Assembly: GCA_963740355.1 (NCBI GenBank)
Contig: CAVUDW010000003.1
Coordinates: forward strand, 2,336,001-2,400,000
Source of the DNA: an uncultured Gemmatimonadaceae bacterium
Lineage (GTDB): Bacteria > Gemmatimonadota > Gemmatimonadetes > Gemmatimonadales > Gemmatimonadaceae
DNA: 64,000 nt
Reading direction: 5' to 3'
The stretch's first letter is position 1; the number at the start of each line of letters is the position of its first letter. The translations under genes and the position numbers were made by a program. Positions 1 to 7,143 of the stretch are shown one piece after another. The notes under the pieces are model-generated. The model ran no database searches and was not told where the DNA came from. It saw nothing but the letters and a program-made list of their open reading frames with translations.

Positions 1-87
1 CGCCACGATCAGACTTTCGGCCTCAAGACCTGCGAACCAGTCCATGGCGCCGTCGTTCGCGAATGCATCGATGCCCCAAGTACCCAT
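1..87 (-). CDS. Cassette gene, DUF4259-like protein (5' part only; runs off the window)
   Basis: ATG at 87 after GGAG translates as MGTWGIDAFANDGAMDWF, matching the MGxWGxxxFxNDxAxDW N-terminus of DUF4259 proteins. Not in the ORF track. Confidence 0.7.
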   Translation of the reverse strand, partial: MGTWGIDAFANDGAMDWFAGLEAESLIVA

Positions 88-110
88 AACACTCCGGAAG
101 GTTGATTGCG

Positions 111-206
111 CCCTAACGAAACTGGGTTCTGCTGCAAAGTGGCCATTAGAACCTTATCCTGCCCACAGGCCTTCGGCCACTTTGGCAGCAGCAACCGGCG
201 ATAGAC
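111..206 (-). repeat. attC site 1 (R'' degenerate: GTCTATC instead of GTCTAAC)
   Basis: ccctaac-gaaactgggttctgctgc...gcagcagcaaccggc-gatagac; same arms as the other copies. Confidence 0.8.
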
Positions 207-216
207 CACAGCCGCA

Positions 217-672
217 CTATGAGGCCCAATCCGGCAACGGCGTGTCAGCGAGCACTGGCTGCAACTCCCGAAACGCATTGGATACTTCCGTGTCCCACGG
301 CCAAAGACCGTCGCGGTTCGGATAGATGAGCTGCAGGGCGCGGAACGCCCGCTCCCCATAGTACCGAAGGGCTGTGCCAAGATACGCGGCGTGCTGGTAC
401 TCCGGGACGCTGCGAAAGGTGACCGAGTAGCCCTTGAGAATCTCTGAGTAGGCCTCAGCCGCGCCATACGTTGCTCCGCCACGAATGTTGGCGACGACGT
501 TGTTGAGCACGACCTGCGCCGTCTCCATGCGTAGGCCGACGAGAATCACTTCCGGATGGGCGAACGAGTCTTCGAGTCCGATCGTGTAGGCGAACCCTGG
601 ACCTTGGTCGTCTGCGTCGATGCGCATCACGATCCATCCATGTGCCGCAATCGTCGCGCGAATATCGTCCAT
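217..672 (-). CDS. Cassette gene, DUF4262-like protein
   Basis: Motifs HGW, FAYTIGL, HPEVILVGL, LQLIYP..GLWPWD; bounded by attC1 and attC2. Confidence 0.8.
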   Translation of the reverse strand: MDDIRATIAAHGWIVMRIDADDQGPGFAYTIGLEDSFAHPEVILVGLRMETAQVVLNNVVANIRGGATYGAAEAYSEILKGYSVTFRSVPEYQHAAYLGTALRYYGERAFRALQLIYPNRDGLWPWDTEVSNAFRELQPVLADTPLPDWAS

Positions 673-697
673 CGGTGATCCAGAGGTTTGTGCTGTG

Positions 698-792
698 GTC
701 TAACGAGACGGGTTCTGCTGCGCGGCGACCGCACAAAAGGCCTCACGAGCACCGTAGCCCGGTCGCCGCGTCAGTAGCAACCCGGGTTCGCC
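698..792 (-). repeat. attC site 2
   Basis: gtctaac-gagacgggttctgctgcgcggcgacc...ggtcgccgcgtcagtagcaacccgg-gttcgcc. Confidence 0.9.
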
Positions 793-811
793 GGCAACCC
801 GCCCTCGCACG

Positions 812-2026
812 TCAGTGTCGACACCGCGGAATTTCGGCGGCGGTGCGCTGCAGCAGCCAGCGTCCGATCTGCTCTGTCGCGATCCCCGCCATGTCACCGC
901 CGAGATTCTGCAACACGATCACACCGATCTTCTCCTCAGGCCGCAGAAACACGGCGGACGCGTGACCGTCCACGTTGCCGTAGTGCCAGAGCAGCGGCGT
1001 CGCCACCCGCGAATCGAGGGCCACCTCTCGAAACCAGCCGAGGGCCATATCGACGCGATGGGTGCGGTTTGTGGAATCCAGCTGCACTTGCGGTTCGGTC
1101 ATGCGGCGCGCGACCGCCGGGGCGACCACTGCGCGCCCCGCCGCAGTCGTGCCGAGGTGTGCGATCAGAAATGGCGCAAGATCGCGGACTGTGGACGTTA
1201 GGCCGATGAAGCCCGCGACGGCACCATAGCGTGCATGCACTGCTTGCTCGACCCGCGCGTCATCCTGATCCCAGTAGAAGGCCGCTAGCCTCGACGACTG
1301 CGCGGCGGTGAGCGTGATGCCGGAGGCCGTCATGCCAAGAGGCGCGAGCAGTCGGGCACGCACGAGCGGCTCATAGGGCACGCCGGCCACGCGTTCGACG
1401 ACGTGCCCGAGGAGCGCATAGCCATAGTTGGAGTAGTCCATCACGCTGCCCGGACGCGCGCGCAGCGGTGTGGTCGCGAGCGCCTGGTAGAGATCCGCCA
1501 CCTCGTACGCGTCCCAGACGCCCGGATCGATCGTCCCGGTGACGCTTTGATTGCGGCGATTCGGAGGCTGCTTCGGCAGGCCGGCGGTGTGCGTGAGCAA
1601 GTGGCGCGCGGTGATCGCCGTCCCCGACGCGTCGGTGGGGACGTGCACCGTGTCGGGCAGATACCGCGCCACCGGGGCATCCAACTCGAGCCGTCCGTCG
1701 GCGGCCAGTTGCAGTGCAAGCGTCGCGGTGAAGAGCTTGGTCACCGACGCGACGTTGTACGGCGTGTCAGCGGTCGCCAACGTGCGGAGCCGCTTATTGG
1801 CGAACCCGACGCCGTCCGCGAACACAAGCGCGTCGTGTACGACCACGCCGACACTGACACCAGGAATCCCAGCGATCGTCGCATACCCGGCAATTGCAGC
1901 ACGAACGTCCGCCTGAAATTCGCGCGCGAAGCAGCGCGCCGTGGCGGGCGGCGGCACGACTTGACTGAACGCGGGCGTCGCGCACATCGCCGCGACGAGC
2001 AGCCCTCGTCTGACGCGTGGCCACAT
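812..2026 (-). CDS. Cassette gene, exported serine hydrolase of the beta-lactamase/PBP fold
   Basis: SxxK (ASVTK), LLTHTAGL, YSN and HYG motifs; signal-peptide-like N-terminus. Start placed at MWPRV because the longer ORF begins inside attC3. Confidence 0.85.
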   Translation of the reverse strand: MWPRVRRGLLVAAMCATPAFSQVVPPPATARCFAREFQADVRAAIAGYATIAGIPGVSVGVVVHDALVFADGVGFANKRLRTLATADTPYNVASVTKLFTATLALQLAADGRLELDAPVARYLPDTVHVPTDASGTAITARHLLTHTAGLPKQPPNRRNQSVTGTIDPGVWDAYEVADLYQALATTPLRARPGSVMDYSNYGYALLGHVVERVAGVPYEPLVRARLLAPLGMTASGITLTAAQSSRLAAFYWDQDDARVEQAVHARYGAVAGFIGLTSTVRDLAPFLIAHLGTTAAGRAVVAPAVARRMTEPQVQLDSTNRTHRVDMALGWFREVALDSRVATPLLWHYGNVDGHASAVFLRPEEKIGVIVLQNLGGDMAGIATEQIGRWLLQRTAAEIPRCRH

Positions 2027-2107
2027 GGGTCGGTGCTCCGTTGCGCGGGAAGGGGAGAGGCGGCGCGGCGCGTGGCGAGAACTCCCAAACACACTTGATG
2101 CTTTGCT

Positions 2108-2204
2108 GGCTAACGGAACGGGGCTCTGCTGCGCGGCGACCGCACAAAAGGTCCGCCTGATCACAATATTCCGATCGCCGTGTCAGCAGCAACCCGGGTT
2201 AGCC
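2108..2204 (-). repeat. attC site 3
   Basis: ggctaac-ggaacggggctctgctgcgcggcgacc...gatcgccgtgtcagcagcaacccgg-gttagcc. Confidence 0.9.
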
Positions 2205-2390
2205 CGCCGCCTCCGTCGGGGCACGACGGAAGAGCCACCACGACCACGCCGTCATCAGCAGCGCCGCGACGGTGGTAATCGCGAACATCGGACTGCGGGC
2301 GACCGACGTCCCTTCTTCTACGACTCGCGCCACGTGAGCGAGCACCAGCAGGAAGTACAACACACCGGATAGCACAAGATACGAGCGCAT
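2199..2390 (-). CDS. Cassette gene, small 2-TM membrane protein (second gene of a two-gene cassette)
   Basis: GAGG RBS, MRSYLVLSGVLYFLLVLAHVARV..., two hydrophobic segments; TAA stop inside R'' of attC3. Confidence 0.7.
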   Translation of the reverse strand: MRSYLVLSGVLYFLLVLAHVARVVEEGTSVARSPMFAITTVAALLMTAWSWWLFRRAPTEAAG

Positions 2391-2397
2391 GCTCACC

Positions 2398-2793
2398 TCA
2401 GGCGATGTGATCGAGTGGCCGGCCAATCTCCCAGTGATGGCCGAATGGATCGACGATTCGCCCCAGCAACCAGCCGTTGCGCTCGTCCACGCTGAAGACG
2501 CTCTCCGCGCCAGCCTGCAGCGCACGTGCGACGACATCGTGCGGAGCTGACACAACAAGAACCAGGCGGACCGTGGAGCCCCGCAGCGTTTCGGGACTGA
2601 AATTCTGGTGCTGCGGTGATTCATCCGTCACCCAGAACTCGGCCCCGTGCGCGGAGAGATGGGCCACTACGGCGCCATCGTCCGCGTCGATGCGAAAGAG
2701 CGTCTCCGCACCGAAGGCCTGCGTATAGTATTCGACGGCGGCGGCACCGCGACGCACCGAGAGCATCGGAGCCAGCTGCATGCGATCTACCAC
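2398..2793 (-). CDS. Cassette gene, VOC/glyoxalase (PhnB-like) protein
   Basis: AVEYYTQAFGA, ARALQAGA, GRIVDPFGHHWEI motifs; GGAGG RBS before GTG at 2793 (start uncertain). Confidence 0.85.
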   Translation of the reverse strand: MVDRMQLAPMLSVRRGAAAVEYYTQAFGAETLFRIDADDGAVVAHLSAHGAEFWVTDESPQHQNFSPETLRGSTVRLVLVVSAPHDVVARALQAGAESVFSVDERNGWLLGRIVDPFGHHWEIGRPLDHIA

Positions 2794-2843
2794 GGACGCC
2801 TCCGGTGATTGAAAACTTGCGCGCACCCTGGCCGAGCGAGGCG

Positions 2844-2935
2844 GGCTAACGAAAATGGGTTCTGCTGCGTAGCGACCGCACGATACCCACTCCTGCTCAC
2901 CGACCGCCGGTCACAATGTCAGCAGCAGGTTAGGC
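2844..2935 (-). repeat. attC site 4 (about 6 bp missing from the L''/spacer region)
   Basis: ggctaac-gaaaatgggttctgctgc...gtcagcagcag-gttaggc; lacks the aacccg present in the other copies. Confidence 0.8.
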
Positions 2936-3452
2936 GGCGTCGCGCGCGCTCGCAGCATCGAGCAGCTTCGCGAAGATTACCTTCCCGTCACCAACCGCGT
3001 AGAAGTCCGGAATCTGGCCGCACTCGTGGTACCCACGTTGCCGGTAAAAATGACGCGCTCGATCGAGCGGCGGCAGGGCACTCGTTTCGATAATGAGTAG
3101 CCGGCCACCATTTGATGTGACCTGTGCCTCAACGTAGTCGAGTAGCGCGCGCCCGACGCCTTGTCCATGCGATGCCGGGATGACACCGATCCACCACAAG
3201 TTCCACACCTGTTCCGCGTACGCGTCTGGCGCGAAGTACACCCAGCCTTCTGGTGTGCGATCCGCGCCAGCCGCCCAGACAACCACCGCATGACTGGCGC
3301 AAGTGTCCAGCATGGAGATCGGTGAGCACGGTCCCGAGCAGCGCCGCAGCGCTCATAGGCTCAAACAGGCCGGTCGCGACCGCGACGTCGAGTAGCGCAT
3401 CGGTGTCGGATGGAACAGCGCAGCGGAGCATTTGGTGTGTTGGGCTGAACAT
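2930..3452 (-). pseudogene. Cassette gene, GNAT acetyltransferase split by a frameshift near 3300
   Basis: N-half (MLRCAVPSDTDALLDVAVATGLF...DLHAGHL) and C-half (WNLWWIGV..HGQGVGRALL..ARHFYRQRGY..IPDFY) lie in different frames; stop inside attC4. Confidence 0.75.
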
Positions 3453-3573
3453 GAAATGAGCGACACGACGCTCGCCGTGTACACGCGCATATCCGCACAC
3501 AGCGCTGCCGGTTCCCGTTCCTTGCACGACCACCGCATATGCGCGGCAAGACTACGACCAGCACCCCCAAGCC

Positions 3574-3648
3574 GCCTAACGAGACAGGGTTCTGCTGCAC
3601 GGCGACCACACCCACCCCCCTCCTGCTCACTGACCGCCGGTCGCCGTG
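3574..3648 (-). repeat. attC site 5, truncated (R''/L'' arm missing)
   Basis: gcctaac-gagacagggttctgctgcacggcgacc...ggtcgccgtg, then no tcagcagcaacc..gttag. Confidence 0.75.
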
Positions 3649-3752
3649 ACAACCGCACTGACGATGGAGACGGCGAGGCAGAAGACCCCGACGAGAATTC
3701 CCGACGCGAGTGACGTGACTGCCACATGGAATTGCGACGAGCGTGGAGGCAT
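3627..3752 (-). pseudogene. Remnant cassette ORF (41 aa, hydrophobic) running into the broken attC5
   Basis: MPPRSSQFHVAVTSLASGILVGVFCLAVSIVSAVVTATGGQ; only ~125 bp separate attC5 and attC6. Confidence 0.5.
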
Positions 3753-3773
3753 TGGACGAATGTCCGGTAAGCC

Positions 3774-3867
3774 TGCTAACGAGCAGGGTTCTCTGCGGTG
3801 CGGCCGACGAATGGTCCGCCTACTCACAATACCCCGGCCGCAGCGTCAGCAGCAACCCGTGTTAGCC
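3774..3867 (-). repeat. attC site 6
   Basis: tgctaac-gagcagggttctctgcggtgcggccg...cggccgcagcgtcagcagcaacccgt-gttagcc. Confidence 0.85.
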
Positions 3868-4381
3868 AGCTGCCCACTTCGCGCGCAGACGTTCGGTGGT
3901 AGCGGTGAGCGGGAAGAGTGTTTCACGGGACGAGACCGATGTAAAAAAGCGGCGTCTCAGCGAGATGGTCCTCGAGACCGCGTAACTCCATGTCGTCCCA
4001 ATCCCGATCTGGGCGAAGAAAGCCCACAGTCGCGGCGAAGTCCCGAATAACACCGAGGATCGAGCGGCTCGCAGTCTTGGCGACGACCACCGTGGACATC
4101 GACGCGACTTCTGCGTTGATCCAAGCGTACTCCATGCGAAGCCGCTGCAACCGGAGCCGCACCAACTGCGGCAAGCGCTCTGGCAAGCGGCGCACGTCCC
4201 TGGCGGGCATCACAATTGGCAGGAGGGTCACAGAGCTCACGAGTAGCAGCAGCGGCTGGCGCTGCACGACGATTCGATTCACATACCAATCGCCGAGCGC
4301 CGTGTCGGACGAATCCGGCGCATGCTCGCTAAGCGGCAGGGCTATTGCAAGCTTCTCGGTACGCCGTAGCACAACACTCAC
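3862..4381 (-). CDS. Cassette gene, DUF6933-like protein, probably frameshifted near its 3' end
   Basis: MSVVLRRTEKL..ALGDWYVN..LLLLVS..TLLPIV. The ORF stops at 3923, but removing one base from the A6 run at 3943-3948 extends it to a TAA in attC6 R''. Confidence 0.7.
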
Positions 4382-4394
4382 ATCGTCACTGGCT

Positions 4395-4491
4395 GGCTAA
4401 CGAGACAGGGTTCTGCTGCACGGCGACCGCACAAAATGATCTCCTGCTCACAATAGCTTTGTCGCCGTGGCTGCAGCAACCCGTGTTAGAC
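4395..4491 (-). repeat. attC site 7
   Basis: ggctaac-gagacagggttctgctgcacggcgac...gtcgccgtggctgcagcaacccgt-gttagac. Confidence 0.9.
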
Positions 4492-4558
4492 GCCCGCGCG
4501 CCGACCGTCGGATGCACGCGGCCTGCACCTCGACAGAAGTCCCCCCTTTATCCCCGCC

Positions 4559-4957
4559 TCATCGTGATTCGGCGCCGGTCACCGTCATGCGAGCTGACCT
4601 GCGCCAAGACTCTACTGCCACCACAAGCGTGACGACACTGACCGCGCCGACGACCACCGCGAGCGTGTTTCTCGTGTGGCCGCAATCACCGCTAGTCGAG
4701 AACCACCACGCCGGGTGCAGCGATACCGCGCCAATGAGCAGGCGCGAGACGCGCGTGGACCGCGCTTGACGCTTGGGCAATAGATGCCAGACGAGTGCGC
4801 ACAACGCCGACAGCGCCCACGACAAATGTGCGGGGCGATTCATATCCGCAACGAACTGCTGAACGTCGACGCCCTTCGCGAGCGTGCAAGCCGCGGCGAC
4901 ATCAGGCACGGCGACAAGTAGTGCCACGCCGCTCGCTATGATATCGCGTGCGCGCAC
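4559..4957 (-). CDS. Cassette gene, hypothetical membrane protein
   Basis: GGAGGAG RBS and GTG just inside the cassette; signal-like N-terminus and three hydrophobic segments. Confidence 0.6.
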   Translation of the reverse strand: MRARDIIASGVALLVAVPDVAAACTLAKGVDVQQFVADMNRPAHLSWALSALCALVWHLLPKRQARSTRVSRLLIGAVSLHPAWWFSTSGDCGHTRNTLAVVVGAVSVVTLVVAVESWRRSARMTVTGAESR

Positions 4958-4969
4958 AACTCCTCCGGC

Positions 4970-5066
4970 GCCTAACGAGACAGGGTTCTGCTGCAAAGCG
5001 ACCGCACAAAAGATCGTCCTGATCACAATACCCCGGTCGCCGCGTCAGCAGCAACCCGGGTTAGGC
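4970..5066 (-). repeat. attC site 8
   Basis: gcctaac-gagacagggttctgctgcaaagcgacc...ggtcgccgcgtcagcagcaacccgg-gttaggc. Confidence 0.9.
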
Positions 5067-5153
5067 CGCTGCGAAATCACAATGCTGACCGCGTCACCGA
5101 GTTCAAGCGCTGTTCTGCTCAGCATCGGACGCGACCTGTCACACGGGGTCCGT

Positions 5154-5629
5154 TCAGCTCCGCCAAATCGTCTTGCGTCGCTTGAATAGGAGGACCACTC
5201 TTTGAGGGCGAACATTTGGTTGAATTCCTGTGACGTAATCGGAATTGCCGAAATTTGGATATGCCGTCTCAGTCTCAAGGTACGATGTTGCCAACTCCCA
5301 ACCGTCCGATCCCAGCTTTGAAATTACCTGTGAATCTGGAGATACGGACGCTGGCCTGAGGGCAGCAGACCCCGTACGATCATGCCCTTCTGCGAGCACC
5401 GAAACAACTTTGTATTCCCAATGCGTTGCCGGGGCGAGCACGGTGGTACCGCCGCCAAGCAGCAGGCCGAGGAGCACTAAAGCGATCAGAACGTGCCCCT
5501 GAAGGCGAGAGATGGCAGCGGAGGCGTGTGTGACTGATGAAGAGGCTCGAGGCGCCGTGGATGCAGTCCCCGCTTCGGATGGGGGTACGCTGCCTGACGA
5601 GGGGCAGAATACACCGACGAGTTTTCCAT
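5154..5629 (-). CDS. Cassette gene, membrane-anchored DUF4177-like protein (start uncertain; possible frameshift at G5 run 5581-5585)
   Basis: TM segment followed by WEYKVV...KLGSDGWEL...LLFKR, a DUF4177-like pattern. The nearest ATG (5629) is out of frame by one base. Confidence 0.6.
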
Positions 5630-5686
5630 TTAGTTCACGTGATCCTATTTGTACGTGCCAGAGCTGTGCACGCCGACTGGGGTGCG

Positions 5687-5783
5687 GCCTAACGAGACAG
5701 GGTTCTGCTGCGCGGCGACCGCACAAACGGCCCTCCTGATCACAATACGCAGGTCGCCGCGTCAGCAGCAACCCGGGTTAGGC
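5687..5783 (-). repeat. attC site 9
   Basis: gcctaac-gagacagggttctgctgcgcggcgacc...ggtcgccgcgtcagcagcaacccgg-gttaggc. Confidence 0.92.
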
Positions 5784-6555
5784 ACTGCGCCCGGACGATC
5801 CTGTACGGACGAGTCGTGCCATCGCCGACGGCATACAGATCGGGCCGGCTGCGCCATTCGTGAGCTATTCCGCGCATCAGCAATGCATTGTCGAGCTCGA
5901 CTGATCCTCGCGGAAAGCGCGTGACATCGGAAAAATAGCGCGAGTAGTGCTCCTGAACGTCGAGTGCCGTCACTGCCCAGTCCAGCGAGTGAAGCTCCAT
6001 CCCGTGGAAGTGATCCGGGTGGTGCGTCGCCGAGTATCCAGTCGCGCCGAGGGAGAAGAAGCCCGCTGCGGCGGTGAGGTTGGAAAAGACACTCGAGGCG
6101 GGGAGCTGATGCGCCACACTTCCGCGAAACGTTACTTCAGGTTCGCCATCGGCGCGCACAATGCGAAGGCCCACGGCATCCAGACTGTCGGTGGACTCGA
6201 AGCGTGCACCCGAGAAGATCCCTGGGAACACACGACCGCCAAGTAGGCGATTAAAGGCAGAGTTGGTGTTTCGCTGCGGGATATAGACGCCCTCGTGGGA
6301 CACGCCGTCGGCGATCCACTCCACCGCTATCCGGTGTGCCGCGTTCTCGGAGCCGAGCCCGAGCCACGCAGGAACGTGACGGGGACGGAGCGCGGCGAAC
6401 CGGATCATGCAGACACCGGCGATACCGGCACCACCGTACAGCTTCGGCCGGAATGGCTTCGGCAAAACGCGCTGCAGAACGTCCGGCGCCACCCGGTAAT
6501 TCAGGAGGATACGCCGGTCGATCGTACCGTGGATCGTATCGAGGAACAGCGACAT
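5740..6555 (-). CDS. Cassette gene, DUF2071-like protein
   Basis: GTIDRRILLNYRV.P..L..VLPKPFRP, GVCMIRF, ENAAHRIAVEW, GVYIP; reads into attC9. Confidence 0.75.
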   Translation of the reverse strand: MSLFLDTIHGTIDRRILLNYRVAPDVLQRVLPKPFRPKLYGGAGIAGVCMIRFAALRPRHVPAWLGLGSENAAHRIAVEWIADGVSHEGVYIPQRNTNSAFNRLLGGRVFPGIFSGARFESTDSLDAVGLRIVRADGEPEVTFRGSVAHQLPASSVFSNLTAAAGFFSLGATGYSATHHPDHFHGMELHSLDWAVTALDVQEHYSRYFSDVTRFPRGSVELDNALLMRGIAHEWRSRPDLYAVGDGTTRPYRIVRAQCLTRVAADAATCVL

Positions 6556-6582
6556 CCGGCATTCGTCGAGCAGAATACGCAC
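6556..6582 (-). pseudogene. First ~8 codons of a DUF5615/VapC45-type PIN toxin, fused in frame to the DUF2071 gene
   Basis: GTG directly after the DUF433 stop encodes MRILLDEC, the typical N-terminus of DUF5615 PIN toxins that partner DUF433 antitoxins. Confidence 0.65.
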
Positions 6583-6807
6583 TCAGCCCTGGGCAGCTTG
6601 GGCGACGAGGAGCGCCGTCCCGGCATCGAGCGTGGCCACGGCCTGCTCGCGCGTCACCGACGGGAAGTCCGCGAGAAACGCGTCCAACGTCTCGCCGCTC
6701 TCGAGATAGTCGAGGAGCGTCTGCGCCGGAACGCGTGTGCCGGCGAACACGGCGGTGCCGCCCATCACATCCGGGCTGCGTTCAATTGGGAGGTGCGTGA
6801 CACTCAT
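6583..6807 (-). CDS. Cassette gene, DUF433 (VapB45-like) antitoxin
   Basis: IERSPDVMGGTAVFAGTRVP..LLDYLESG..FLADFPSVTREQ; GGAGG RBS. Confidence 0.9.
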   Translation of the reverse strand: MSVTHLPIERSPDVMGGTAVFAGTRVPAQTLLDYLESGETLDAFLADFPSVTREQAVATLDAGTALLVAQAAQG

Positions 6808-6859
6808 CGGATCCTCCATCGGCGTCTGGTTGAGAAACCTACACCGGAGCCTGTCGGGT

Positions 6860-6892
6860 GTCTAACGAGAATTATACGGAACTGCGACTAAC
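6860..6892 (-). other. Putative attI site
   Basis: Minus strand reads GTTAGTC-gcagttc-CGTATAATTCTC-GTTAGAC. It has a core GTTRRRY at the head of the first cassette, lacks attC arms, and has a second GTTAGTC box upstream. Confidence 0.7.
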
Positions 6893-7143
6893 TGAAACGT
6901 GCACCCAGGAACCGGTTCTCCACCACCCCCCGCACGCGCGAGAACGAAGCGGGCCGTGGCTCCGGTCGACCAGCTAAGTCGCTGCGGTTCCAGCATTTGA
7001 CGCACGCGGGTGGGCGTGCCTCCGAGGTTGGTTCTGCCGCGGAGAATGCGCGAGAAGCCGGTCTGTGGCACTATGTCGCGCATTCTGTACCGATGACGCG
7101 CTGCCTCGACAGAATTCTGCCGTTGCTCCGGGCGCTCGCACGA

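Noticed and set aside
812..2026. Clinically relevant beta-lactamase resistance cassette
   Set aside because: The motifs show only the broad serine hydrolase/PBP fold. Substrate and resistance cannot be inferred.
812..5771. Extended N-termini of cassette ORFs (starts at 2164, 5026, 5771) sharing 'CAVAxQQNPVSL'-like peptides
   Set aside because: These are translations through attC repeats, not a protein motif.
111..5783. Regularly recurring repeats read as a CRISPR array
   Set aside because: The repeats are ~95-bp imperfect palindromes separated by gene-sized cassettes next to intI, and no cas genes are present. They are attC sites.
6855..6885. dif/Xer site (AGTTCCGTATAA resembles a XerC arm)
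   Set aside because: There is no XerD arm (TTATGTTAAAT-like). Its position and GTTAGAC core fit attI better.
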